Assembly: GCA_964561945.1 (NCBI GenBank)
Contig: CAZLQM010000005.1
Coordinates: 1 to 54,454, forward strand
Source: an uncultured Gammaproteobacteria bacterium
GTDB lineage: Bacteria; Patescibacteriota; Microgenomatia; CAYXHB01
Length of the DNA: 54,454 bases
Direction: 5' to 3'
Shown: positions 1 through 9,410 of the stretch, in pieces
Layout: each line of letters opens with the position of its first letter
Position numbering within the stretch: the first letter of the stretch is position 1
Made by a program: the position numbers and the translations under genes
Notes under the pieces: model-generated
What the model was told of the DNA's origin: nothing
The model's database searches: none
The model's input: only the letters and a program-made list of their open reading frames with translations

Positions 1-40
1 GAATTGAAATTAAGATTTCTCCGATAAAATTATTTTTCAT
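1..40 (-). CDS. 5' fragment of a probable membrane protein (MKNNFIGEILISI...), runs off the window
   Basis: ATG at 40-38 overlaps the end of the XRE gene; open frame to the window edge. Confidence 0.45.
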   Translation of the reverse strand, partial: MKNNFIGEILISI

Positions 41-242
41 TTTTGTAAATAAATACTTCTTCAATATTTTTGCTAAAAAATTTGGCAATTTTTAAACCTA
101 GTAATAGAGAAGGTGTGTAATTGCCTTTTTCGATTGCAATTATTGTCTGTCTAGATACTTGTAAAATGGTTGCCAATTCTTCTTGAGTTACATTTTTTTC
201 TTTGCGAAATTGTGAAACTCGATTAATTATATATTCATTCAT
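30..242 (-). CDS. XRE/Cro-C1 family HTH transcriptional regulator
   Basis: TQEELATILQVSRQTIIAIEKGNYTPSL is a classic HTH_3 motif; ATG 242 preferred to GTG 251. Confidence 0.92.
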   Translation of the reverse strand: MNEYIINRVSQFRKEKNVTQEELATILQVSRQTIIAIEKGNYTPSLLLGLKIAKFFSKNIEEVFIYKNEK

Positions 243-251
243 ATCAACCAC

Positions 252-279
252 AATGTCAAGTTAACTTAACATTATTCTA
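252..279 (-). promoter_or_regulatory. Palindromic operator with adjacent -10 upstream of the XRE gene
   Basis: AATGTCAAGTTAACTTAACATT (252-273) is a 22-bp palindrome with one mismatched pair; TAGAAT on the minus strand at 279-274. Confidence 0.6.
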
Positions 280-362
280 TTGGTAAAATTTATTATTGTA
301 TAGATCGAAAACTGATAATCACCTTTTAGCTATTTAATGATTTGCGTGCTATAATCTCATGA

Positions 363-905
363 ATGGCATATTTAATAGATAGAAGGAATAACTCAAGAGA
401 CCGACGATCAGGTGGAAATAGAGGTCGTGGTGGATCAGAATCAAGGCAGATGTTTAAGGCGATTTGTGACGGATGTGGTAATAATTGTGAAGTTCCTTTT
501 CGTCCGACTGAAGGCAAACCTGTATATTGCAGTGATTGTTTTAGAAAAAACCAACCTTCTGATGATCGTCGAGACGATAGACGATCTGATAGTCGTTTCT
601 CACCAAGATCGTACAATGATAGTTCAAGAAACGCACCTGAACAAAGAAGTAATGCCCCCACACAAGCTGAATTCAAAGGTCAGTTTTTGGAATTAAATAA
701 TAAGCTAGATAAAATACTTAAATTATTACAACCAGAGGTTAAAAAAGTAATTGATAATAAACCTGAATCTGAGGTAAAAGCTAAAGCAGAAGAAAAAACA
801 ACCAAGTCCAAAGATCCTAAAGAGGGAAAACCAGTTGCAGAAAAGAAAGCACCAGCAAAAAAAGTAGGTAAGACAGCCACTAAAAAAGCAACTAAATCCA
901 AGTAA
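363..905 (+). CDS. CxxC-x17-CxxC zinc-binding domain protein with Lys-rich tail
   Basis: CDGCGNNCEVPFRPTEGKPVYCSDC; Arg/Gly-rich N-terminus; TGCTATAAT 7 nt before ATG. Confidence 0.88.
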   Translation: MAYLIDRRNNSRDRRSGGNRGRGGSESRQMFKAICDGCGNNCEVPFRPTEGKPVYCSDCFRKNQPSDDRRDDRRSDSRFSPRSYNDSSRNAPEQRSNAPTQAEFKGQFLELNNKLDKILKLLQPEVKKVIDNKPESEVKAKAEEKTTKSKDPKEGKPVAEKKAPAKKVGKTATKKATKSK

Positions 906-988
906 GACTCCTGTGTTTTGTGATATGAAAAGCCAAGGTTGAGAAAAAAATAAAATTGAATTGGATACCTTTGTGTATTACTTTGATT

Positions 989-2818
989 TTATTTACCAAT
1001 CTTAAGACCTCCCCATTCAACTAATGTAAAACCTTTGCGAGTTGGCGCGGTAAAAGTCTGAGGATTTAATCCTTGAGGTTTATCCAACCCTTGATAATCT
1101 AGGAAAACCCTGATTACGGTTTGTGGTTGAGGGGAGACCTCCAAGGGGGCAAGTACATTCATCTCTTGCGTAGTTAGCCAAGTGAGGCGAGTATAAGGAG
1201 TAGTTGGCATTAATGGTAACCAGTAGTCTAAGAAATCTTGAGACTCCTGAGAATTAAGACCCTGGGCAAATAGTTGTTTTCTAAGAGTGCTCTCAAGATT
1301 GGACTTCTCTACTATGGTTCCGCGATCGGTAAGATCGGGATATCGACCATGTCCAATTCCGTCCCAGAATAAATATGGATATGTTTTACCTTGGTATGAC
1401 AATAATCCTGAAGGATTGGCTGTAACCTGCCAACCAGTCTTAGGATAAATAGGATCAGACTGGCGGATGTCAGCTCCAACTTGGACAGAAACTGATTGCT
1501 CGATTTCTGGGTAAAGATAAATTACAGGCTTGGCACACTCCGCTAAGATTGCATAATCCTGATTGATGAAAAATTGCCAGTCTCCGAGTTTGTCCTGCCA
1601 CAAGAAATGATTAGGTCGAGTAGCAAACTGAGCAATTGTTAGCGGATCATCACGGTAACTTGCATACGAGTCTTTGTAGAGGAATTTGACAAGATCGTTG
1701 TTTGGATCTATCAGCTGATAAATTGGATCGCCAGTTTTGGTTTTGCCGACCTGTGTCAACCCCGACAAAATTGGTGAGTTATCAACTATTACTGGACTAC
1801 CGGCAACTCCAGCACCACAGCCACCTGTTCGAAGAGATTCATATCCTGCAACCGCTCGACCATCACTCCAATTAATCAGTGGCGTACGGTCGTCAGAAAA
1901 GAGTTCATTCTTAAGGCTATATGGAGCAATTGTGTTGTCCTTGAGTTGGAGGAAAATCTGACGTCCATATAAATCTTTGAGTTCAAAGATTTTTTGACGA
2001 TCTTGATACAAGGGGCCAGCATCTGTGTCGGCTATTTTTTGGGGGTTTTTGAGGGTTGTGATCAATTCCCCTGCGTATCCATATGGATCACGGGTAAAAA
2101 TAATACTATCTACGCCAAGCGTCTCAGGCATGTCCCAGCCCTTGATGACACTCGTAATATATTCAATATCTGGAAGAAGGATATTATCAGTATAAGTCCA
2201 GTTATCATGATATTTCTGAACCAAGTATTTGGAGTCAGATGTTTCAATTAACCGAACAGGAAAAATGTATGTACCCATTCCTTCAATTGGCACATAGACA
2301 TTTATAAGTCTGCCTGATGGAGACAAATTGGCAACATGGAAAAATTTAGATTCCTCAAGTTTGTAATCTTCGTCTTTGAGATTACTTGAGTCTATAAATA
2401 TCGGTAGCTTGGTTATTTCTACTGGCTTGGGTAGCCATTCTACTTTATCGAAAATGACTTTCGATTCTTGGCGTACGACTTTTGGCGTTTGAGAAATATC
2501 AGATGTGGGATATCCCTCGGGATTTATAGATGGTACTGATGCAACGGTAGGGTAATTGTCATTAGTAATAACGTCATCATTATTAATATCCGGCGAAGAA
2601 TTTGAATTGCGGATTAGAAAGTCTGGTTTTATGAATAAAACCAGAGTCACGATATTTGAAATCATCAGCAATGCAACAAAGATAAGTAAGATATTTTTGC
2701 GAAGCAAAGGTGGTCGGTCTTGAACTGAGGGCGATGATGAAATTGTATCGATTGGTTTAAGGGGTGGAGCTACCTCTTGAGGTGCTTCTAAATCTGGTGA
2801 CAGCGTATTGGGTTCCAT
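989..2818 (-). CDS. Membrane-anchored protein with C-terminal KPVIYLYP...VEWGG conserved domain
   Basis: 609-aa ORF, single N-terminal TM helix, motifs CAKPVIYLYP, YPYLFWDG, LVEWGG. Confidence 0.8.
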   Translation of the reverse strand: MEPNTLSPDLEAPQEVAPPLKPIDTISSSPSVQDRPPLLRKNILLIFVALLMISNIVTLVLFIKPDFLIRNSNSSPDINNDDVITNDNYPTVASVPSINPEGYPTSDISQTPKVVRQESKVIFDKVEWLPKPVEITKLPIFIDSSNLKDEDYKLEESKFFHVANLSPSGRLINVYVPIEGMGTYIFPVRLIETSDSKYLVQKYHDNWTYTDNILLPDIEYITSVIKGWDMPETLGVDSIIFTRDPYGYAGELITTLKNPQKIADTDAGPLYQDRQKIFELKDLYGRQIFLQLKDNTIAPYSLKNELFSDDRTPLINWSDGRAVAGYESLRTGGCGAGVAGSPVIVDNSPILSGLTQVGKTKTGDPIYQLIDPNNDLVKFLYKDSYASYRDDPLTIAQFATRPNHFLWQDKLGDWQFFINQDYAILAECAKPVIYLYPEIEQSVSVQVGADIRQSDPIYPKTGWQVTANPSGLLSYQGKTYPYLFWDGIGHGRYPDLTDRGTIVEKSNLESTLRKQLFAQGLNSQESQDFLDYWLPLMPTTPYTRLTWLTTQEMNVLAPLEVSPQPQTVIRVFLDYQGLDKPQGLNPQTFTAPTRKGFTLVEWGGLKIGK

Positions 2819-2820
2819 AC

Positions 2821-4032
2821 TTAATCTAATATAAATGTACCACTATCTAGATCTACATTTAAATAGGTATCTTTAAATAGTTTTTGCAAAGCATTTTTCT
2901 TGGATTCGGAACGTAAGAAAAAATGAGTCACTGGATCAATCGGCAGAATTGTAATCAACTTTGAATTATTAGTAACCGAACCACTGATGATAAAATCTTG
3001 TCCTAGATGAATATTAAGCTGTTTATCTTGGTATGAAATACTTGAGATGTCTGATGGTCTGATTTTGATTTGCGGATCCGGTTGATAAGGTTGATTTAGT
3101 TGAGTATCAATATAATCAACACCGTAGAAAAATCTATCGCCAACTGTTTGGGATGATGCGTCACGATCAAGATTAGTGGCTAGAGTGAAATTCTGGGCTG
3201 AATTATTTGAATTTAAGTTGAAATTCAAGGTTCTTGAGTAAGAAGCCATGACATGGCTAGTGGACTCGACATCGTAGTTTTTGGTTAACTTGCCTGAATT
3301 AGTATGTGCGTAGATTTTGAAATTACGAGCATTGTGAAGTTGAGCAAATCTCATTGATATATATAGTGACTGAGGACTATCGACTTCAAGGTTTTGATAT
3401 GACTGAATATCTAGTGAAGAAAGTATCTTTTGAGAATAAATATCATGAATATCAGCCAATGGCGGGGGTAAATAATGGGAAAAATCGACCGAGGAAATGA
3501 TCAAACAGTCAGATAAACAGTGTTGATTAAAGGTTGAGACTAAATTTACAAGTTGATGTTGAGAAACATGACTTCCAATTAGGATTGGTATGATACTGGC
3601 TTGGGGAAAGTTGGATTTGATTTGTGAAAGTAAATTAAAAATTCCGTGATCCTGATATATGAGAGAAGGGTTGTTATTTTGATTCTTAGTTATTAATGAG
3701 CCGATATCGACATCATAATTAAGCAAACCATTGGAAAGATTCCAGTCATGGGGACTATATGAAATTTGGTTTTGAGATGGAGAAAAATGATCTGGTGATA
3801 AAACAATTATTGTTTTAGTTGCGAAGCGAGAGCGGGAAACTTGGTTGAGATAATCATTTCGAATGTCTGCCACGACATTGTGGTGAGGGACAATTGCAAC
3901 CTGAGGCTGGAAATGTATTTTTTGGAGTAGATAAATTTGAATAATTTGGAAAGATAGGAGGGTTGCGATAACTGCATATTTGGCAATTTTGAGAAATGAA
4001 CTAGGAAATTGAATTTTGTATTTTTGTATCAT
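2821..4032 (-). CDS. MEMO1-like (AmmeMemoRadiSam protein B family) membrane-anchored protein
   Basis: IVPHH, LSPDHF, DHGI, SSVDFSHYLP, EVDSP, STSH motifs. Confidence 0.78.
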   Translation of the reverse strand: MIQKYKIQFPSSFLKIAKYAVIATLLSFQIIQIYLLQKIHFQPQVAIVPHHNVVADIRNDYLNQVSRSRFATKTIIVLSPDHFSPSQNQISYSPHDWNLSNGLLNYDVDIGSLITKNQNNNPSLIYQDHGIFNLLSQIKSNFPQASIIPILIGSHVSQHQLVNLVSTFNQHCLSDCLIISSVDFSHYLPPPLADIHDIYSQKILSSLDIQSYQNLEVDSPQSLYISMRFAQLHNARNFKIYAHTNSGKLTKNYDVESTSHVMASYSRTLNFNLNSNNSAQNFTLATNLDRDASSQTVGDRFFYGVDYIDTQLNQPYQPDPQIKIRPSDISSISYQDKQLNIHLGQDFIISGSVTNNSKLITILPIDPVTHFFLRSESKKNALQKLFKDTYLNVDLDSGTFILD

Positions 4033-4158
4033 CTATTTATCATAGCAAGGAATAAATATGAATCTAAAAATGATGATAGCTTTCAAAATAAATTATTTTC
4101 ATTTTTAATTTACCCAATAAACTTTCAAATGGGGGAATTTGGCATAGCAATATGGATA

Positions 4159-5067
4159 TTATTGAATATCTCCTCCTTGTATCATCCAATTTTCTGAATT
4201 TAATAAAGATTTAACATTTGTTTTAACTGTAAAATACACACCTGAATTCCTCTGGAAAAAATATTTAGGTAAAAATTTATTCCACACATTATTTGGTAAA
4301 TATGTAAAGCTTGTTACAAGACAACCTTTATTAAAGGCATAAGATTTAATTGATTTAATACAATCGCTTAGTAATTCCAAAGTTAGCGGCAGAATGCATA
4401 GAAGTTCGCATTTAAAAAAGCTGTTTCTAATAACAGCATTACCTATGATTTTCCCTTTTTTTGTAATTTCTAAAAATATAAATTTAATTTTGGGATTTCG
4501 ATAAAACCTCCAGTCTAAATAATCCGTATTTTTATAAAGTTCATACTTTTGAGATTTGTTTACACTTAGAATTTTATAGTTAAGGGCAAACACTTCATTA
4601 ACTGAAACACCATTATACCGAGGCAAAGATATCATATATCTAGTAATCATCTGCCCTAATATTTGATAATTAATTCTTTTTGAGTGCAAGTCAATTTTTA
4701 CACCACTGATATTTGAAAAACCTAAGTAATTAGTATCTTTCGGTAGAGAAATCTCTATTATCTGGGTAAGATCACTTACGATGCCACGTCTTCTATAATC
4801 TGGATGAGTAGCCTGAACCGAACATGAGTAAAAAAGATAATTGTTTTCTTTATTTTTAATATTCAATGGATCAAAGCATACGAAAGCGACAACTTTTTGG
4901 TGGTCAATTGCAATCATTGATTTCTGTCTACCTTGAAAATAATTGTCGATATGTTTCCATTCAAAAGAATTTTTATTTATGTTTTTACCCTTAAAACAAA
5001 TATTGAGTAAATTAATTACTTCATTTTCATATTTTTCTGAGTATTCTTCGTAAACTATATTAATCAT
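4159..5067 (-). CDS. GNAT family N-acetyltransferase
   Basis: Acetyl-CoA motif A ATHPDYRRRGI; YLDWRF; C-terminal GGD. Confidence 0.85.
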   Translation of the reverse strand: MINIVYEEYSEKYENEVINLLNICFKGKNINKNSFEWKHIDNYFQGRQKSMIAIDHQKVVAFVCFDPLNIKNKENNYLFYSCSVQATHPDYRRRGIVSDLTQIIEISLPKDTNYLGFSNISGVKIDLHSKRINYQILGQMITRYMISLPRYNGVSVNEVFALNYKILSVNKSQKYELYKNTDYLDWRFYRNPKIKFIFLEITKKGKIIGNAVIRNSFFKCELLCILPLTLELLSDCIKSIKSYAFNKGCLVTSFTYLPNNVWNKFLPKYFFQRNSGVYFTVKTNVKSLLNSENWMIQGGDIQ

Positions 5068-5070
5068 AAC

Positions 5071-6159
5071 CTACTCTAATTGAGGTGATTCTTTATAATT
5101 TTCTGGATCAAATAATGAATATTTTATTCCACCTGTTGAAACTACGATTTCTCCTGCCTTGGAGTGCCTTACTTTTAATAATAATTTTTGATTAAAATTT
5201 TCCTGATCTTCAAGTACATCGCTCATTTTATTAACCTTGCCACACGGAACATTTAAATCATGAAGCATTTTAAGGATTTCTTCAGTTGAATACTTATTAA
5301 ATGCTAATTCAATTTGATTTTTCAAGAGTTTGATACTAGATAGACGCAGTGAATTAGTTAAAAACAATTCTTTTTTGAAATTAGGGTTTTCTTTACATAA
5401 AAATGTTGAAAAGCTGTCCCAAATAGAATTATTTCCTATAGCTAGCATTATTTGACCATCATTTGTTTTAAAAAGTCCAAATGGTGCAATTGCATTATCC
5501 ATATTGCCAACTTTTTCTGGATTTCTACCTGTAACAAAAGATGAAATTAAATTTTGTTCCAATAAATCAAATGCAGAACCTTTCATCGAAACACTTAATT
5601 TTTGTCCTTTGCCAGTCTTTTCTCGATAATATAGTGCTGTACTAATTGCAAATGCTAGTTTCATTCCTGAAAAAGCATCAACTATTGATGTTGATATTTT
5701 CATGTCATCATCTTCACCATTCAGCGAAATCAACCCCGACTCTGCTTGTGCTATAGCATCATAGTACTTTCTGTCTATGTCATCACTAATTCCATTGATG
5801 GATGCATAAATTATTTTGGGGTTGGTTTTAATAATATGTTCATAATTAATTTTTAAACGCTTCTTAACATTTGCTGAGAAATTTTCAACTAATACATCTG
5901 CATCTTTAGATAAACTGTATAATTTATTTAAATCATTTTTATTTTTTAAATCAAGAAATAGTGATTTTTTGTTGTGATTTAGTATTTCAAAATATCCACT
6001 CCAATTACCCATCATTGGGGGGAAATACCTAGAATCATCACCATACAATGGTTCAATTTTAATCACCTCTGCCCCGTATTCTGCAAAATGCAGAGTGGCA
6101 AAGGGACCACTAAAAACTCTTGTTAAATCAATTATTTTAACACCTGAAAAGATATTCAT
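5071..6159 (-). CDS. Family III CoA-transferase (CaiB/BaiF, formyl-CoA transferase-like)
   Basis: GVKIIDLTRVFSGPFAT, GAEVIKIEP, GDDSR, NHNKKS, ADVLVENF, catalytic Asp in YYDAIAQAESG. Confidence 0.93.
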   Translation of the reverse strand: MNIFSGVKIIDLTRVFSGPFATLHFAEYGAEVIKIEPLYGDDSRYFPPMMGNWSGYFEILNHNKKSLFLDLKNKNDLNKLYSLSKDADVLVENFSANVKKRLKINYEHIIKTNPKIIYASINGISDDIDRKYYDAIAQAESGLISLNGEDDDMKISTSIVDAFSGMKLAFAISTALYYREKTGKGQKLSVSMKGSAFDLLEQNLISSFVTGRNPEKVGNMDNAIAPFGLFKTNDGQIMLAIGNNSIWDSFSTFLCKENPNFKKELFLTNSLRLSSIKLLKNQIELAFNKYSTEEILKMLHDLNVPCGKVNKMSDVLEDQENFNQKLLLKVRHSKAGEIVVSTGGIKYSLFDPENYKESPQLE

Positions 6160-6230
6160 CTAAATATAATTTAATGTTACGAAAGACTTATTTGTAAAGG
6201 AGATTGTAAAATATTAAAGCCCTGATCACA

Positions 6231-9074
6231 TTAGTTCGGCCAGTGGCACTTCTTGTACTTCTTGCCTGAACCACACCAACAAGGATCGTTGCGACTAATG
6301 TTTTTGGATACTCTACCTTGGGTTGCTGTTGAGGTAGTCTTGGTAGCTCCCAGTTCATCTTTGACTGCACTCATGGCCGATGCAAAGTCATTTAATGCAG
6401 AATTAGTGGCTTTGGATGTCTTAGTCTCATTGACCTCTGGCAATTGATCAGGAATATTTTGGGGGAGTTTGATGGGGGATTTCTCAACAGGATTAGTGAC
6501 ACTAAGCTGTGACATGTCTATTTCTGGCGAACGGAAATTATTGTCTTGGGGTGCATTGCTAAATTGAACTTGAACTCGCAATATCCTACGAGCTACTTGA
6601 TAGTCAATTTGATTAATCAAATTTTCGAATTGACCGTAAGCTTCTTGCTTGTATTCAACTAACGGGTCTTTCTGTGCGTAGCTACGAAGTCCGATACCTT
6701 CTCGTATGTTTTCGATACTATCCAGATGATCTACCCATAATTGGTCAATGGCAGTACGGATTGTATGGCGTTCTATTTCCTGCATGATATCATCTCCATA
6801 TTTGCTATTCTTGGATTCAAAAGCTTGACTGATCTTGTCGTGTAGTAACTCTTGCAATGATACCGCGTCTTGAACTTGAGCCAAATCATTTCGGAGTTGT
6901 TTAAGGTCGGCATCATTAGTAGGCACTATTTCGGCAAACTCTTGGCTAAGTTTATCTATTTCTTGGGAGACATAACCGTCTGGCGCGTAGAGATTGATAA
7001 GTTGATCAATTTGTTTTTTGGATTTGGTGATAATTTCTTCGTGAAAATTATAGTTTTCGATAGTCTTTTGACGGAGTTTGTAGATAATCTCACGTTGTTT
7101 ATTAAGGACATCGTCATACTCAACTAAATATTTGCGTTGATCGAAGTGGAAACCTTCAACTTTGACTTGAGCTTGTTCTATGGCTTTGGAAACGAGTCTA
7201 GCATCAAGCGGTTGGTCTTCGGGGAGGTTAAAAGCTGTCATCATCTTGGCAACCTGCTCACCACCGAAAATACGCATTATTTCATCATCGAGTGAAACGA
7301 AAAATTGTGAGGCTCCTGGATCGCCTTGTCGACCAGATCGACCTCTTAGCTGATTATCAATTCTGCGAGATTCATGTCGTTCTGTACCAATGACATAGAC
7401 TCCCCCAGCTGCGATAACTTCCTCATGAGCTTTTTGCCACGCTGTAAGAGCCTTTTGATAAGACTGCTTTGCCTTAGCACTAGCTGAATCAGAAACCGGA
7501 TTTGGCTTGGCTCCACCCAAAACAATATCTACACCTCGACCAGCGATATTAGTAGCGACAGTAACTGCACCTGGCATACCCGCTTGAGCGATGATATTGG
7601 CTTCACGTTCGTGGTTTTTGGCATTGAGGACTTGATGAGGGATTTTCTTACGAGTTAGTAATTGGGCAATGATTTCATTCTTTTGAATTGAGGTTGTACC
7701 TATCAAAACTGGCTGTTTTTTTGCTTGTAATGTTTGTACTAAATTAGCTATTGCGGTGTATTTGGCTCGAGTAGTTTTGTAGATAATATCGTGATGGTCT
7801 TTCCGGGCGACGGGTCTATGAGTTGGGATAATGACTACTTCAAGATTGTATATTTTGCGGAACTCCTCGCCTTCGGTGGCTGCAGTTCCTGTCATACCTG
7901 CAAGTTTTGTGTACATACGGAAGAAATTCTGGAGCGAAACGGTGGCAAGTGTTTTGGATTCTTGTTGAATTTTGACACCTTCTTTAGCTTCCACTGCTTG
8001 GTGTAAGCCATCGGACCAGCGACGACCTGGCATCAAACGGCCTGTAAATTCATCAACGATGACAATCTGATTCTCGCGAATGACATAATGTCGATCAAGA
8101 GTAAATAACATCTTGGCTTTGAGGGCATTCTCAAGATGATGAATGGTATCGAAATCCTTTTCGTAGAGGTTTTCGACTCCAAGGAGTTTTTCGATTTTTT
8201 TGATGCCATGTTCTGTTAAAGCAACACTGCGGAGTTTTTCGTCGATGTTGAAATCTGTATCTGATTGAAGTTTGCCTGCGAGATTGGCAAACTGTAGATA
8301 TTTTTCAGTTGGTTCGGCGTCAGGTGCAGAAATTATCAAAGGAGTTCTGGCCTCATCGATAAGAATAGAATCTACCTCGTCTACAATTGCAAAATGATAA
8401 CCACACTGGACTTGATCATTGGCATTTTGGGCCATATTGTCGCGCAGATAATCAAACCCGAACTCTGTATTAGTACCGTAAGTTATATCAGCTTGATAGG
8501 CTTCCTTACGAGTACACGGTCTCATATGCATTAAGCGGAGATCATCATGCTCTGGGTCAGTATATTCTGGATCATAGATGTATCCTCGCAATTGCTCACT
8601 GTGAATAACAACTCCTGTAGATAATCCGAGTAGGTGAAATATGGGTCCGTTCCATCCTGCGTCACGTCGTGCAAGATAATCATTGACTGTGACTAAATGA
8701 GCCCCCTTGCCACTTAAAGAGTTGAGGTACAAAGCAGGAACAGCTGAAAGAGTCTTGCCTTCACCAGTTTTTTGTTCTGCGATCTTACCTTCGTGGAAAG
8801 CAATAGCAGCCATCAACTGGACATCGTAATGGCTTAATCCCAACACTCTGTTAGTTGCTTCGCGAACTAAAGCAAATGCTTCTGGTAAAAGATCATCAAG
8901 ATTAGCTCCCTCGGTTAATCTTTGTTTAAGTTGGCTAGTTTGAACTGGAAAATCGGCTTCTTTGAGTTTTTGATATTTTTTTGCATGCAGATTAATCCGT
9001 TCTACCATGGCACTATAGCGATCAATGTCACGTTTGTTTGTATCTAGTAGATTTTTGAGAAATGAAAAAGCCAT
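6231..9074 (-). CDS. secA: Preprotein translocase ATPase SecA
   Basis: KTGEGKT, VTVNDYLARRD, VDEVDSILIDEARTPLIIS, RRIDNQLRGRSGRQGDPG, C-terminal SEC-C CWCGSGKKYKKCH. Confidence 0.99.
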   Translation of the reverse strand: MAFSFLKNLLDTNKRDIDRYSAMVERINLHAKKYQKLKEADFPVQTSQLKQRLTEGANLDDLLPEAFALVREATNRVLGLSHYDVQLMAAIAFHEGKIAEQKTGEGKTLSAVPALYLNSLSGKGAHLVTVNDYLARRDAGWNGPIFHLLGLSTGVVIHSEQLRGYIYDPEYTDPEHDDLRLMHMRPCTRKEAYQADITYGTNTEFGFDYLRDNMAQNANDQVQCGYHFAIVDEVDSILIDEARTPLIISAPDAEPTEKYLQFANLAGKLQSDTDFNIDEKLRSVALTEHGIKKIEKLLGVENLYEKDFDTIHHLENALKAKMLFTLDRHYVIRENQIVIVDEFTGRLMPGRRWSDGLHQAVEAKEGVKIQQESKTLATVSLQNFFRMYTKLAGMTGTAATEGEEFRKIYNLEVVIIPTHRPVARKDHHDIIYKTTRAKYTAIANLVQTLQAKKQPVLIGTTSIQKNEIIAQLLTRKKIPHQVLNAKNHEREANIIAQAGMPGAVTVATNIAGRGVDIVLGGAKPNPVSDSASAKAKQSYQKALTAWQKAHEEVIAAGGVYVIGTERHESRRIDNQLRGRSGRQGDPGASQFFVSLDDEIMRIFGGEQVAKMMTAFNLPEDQPLDARLVSKAIEQAQVKVEGFHFDQRKYLVEYDDVLNKQREIIYKLRQKTIENYNFHEEIITKSKKQIDQLINLYAPDGYVSQEIDKLSQEFAEIVPTNDADLKQLRNDLAQVQDAVSLQELLHDKISQAFESKNSKYGDDIMQEIERHTIRTAIDQLWVDHLDSIENIREGIGLRSYAQKDPLVEYKQEAYGQFENLINQIDYQVARRILRVQVQFSNAPQDNNFRSPEIDMSQLSVTNPVEKSPIKLPQNIPDQLPEVNETKTSKATNSALNDFASAMSAVKDELGATKTTSTATQGRVSKNISRNDPCWCGSGKKYKKCHWPN

Positions 9075-9254
9075 ATTAACACCAAACTTGATTGTAACAG
9101 ATTATTGTTTAAACATATCTAATTACGACGCAGATGGTCGTTTGATGACGTAGTCACAATTTAGGTCGTTTAATACTTAGTAAATATTATAATTTAATTA
9201 ATTAAATTGCCTTAAATACAATTTCCTATTGGCTTGTTTTTTGAACTTAATTAA

Positions 9255-9349
9255 ATATAACGCAAACAATCAGCTCACGTTAACGCGGCTGATTGTTGCG
9301 AGATCCTGAGGCACACATCTTTCGCGGTGCGAAATATGGTGTGACACTA
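9255..9349 (-). ncRNA. Candidate small structured RNA or attenuating leader between serS and secA
   Basis: Two hairpins directly downstream of a near-consensus promoter; no family recognised. Confidence 0.4.
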
Positions 9350-9355
9350 ATGACG

Positions 9356-9384
9356 ATATTAAGGCAAATAAATACAATTGTCAA
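9356..9384 (-). promoter_or_regulatory. Sigma70-type promoter TTGACA-N17-TAATAT
   Basis: -35 at 9384-9379, -10 at 9361-9356. Confidence 0.65.
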
Positions 9385-9410
9385 TGGAATATATATCCAA
9401 TGTGTAATAT

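Noticed and set aside
326-901. Alternative ORFs 326..676, 412..696 and 680..901, and the many other 60-140 aa ORFs inside long genes
   Set aside because: They are antisense or off-frame shadows of well-supported genes, with no recognisable motifs.
9148-9200. Purine-riboswitch-like 3' segment on the minus strand (ACGA-CCUAAA-UUGU-GACUACG)
   Set aside because: The J2/3 (UUUCUAC) and L2 (UAUGG) elements and P1 complementarity are missing; treated as coincidence.
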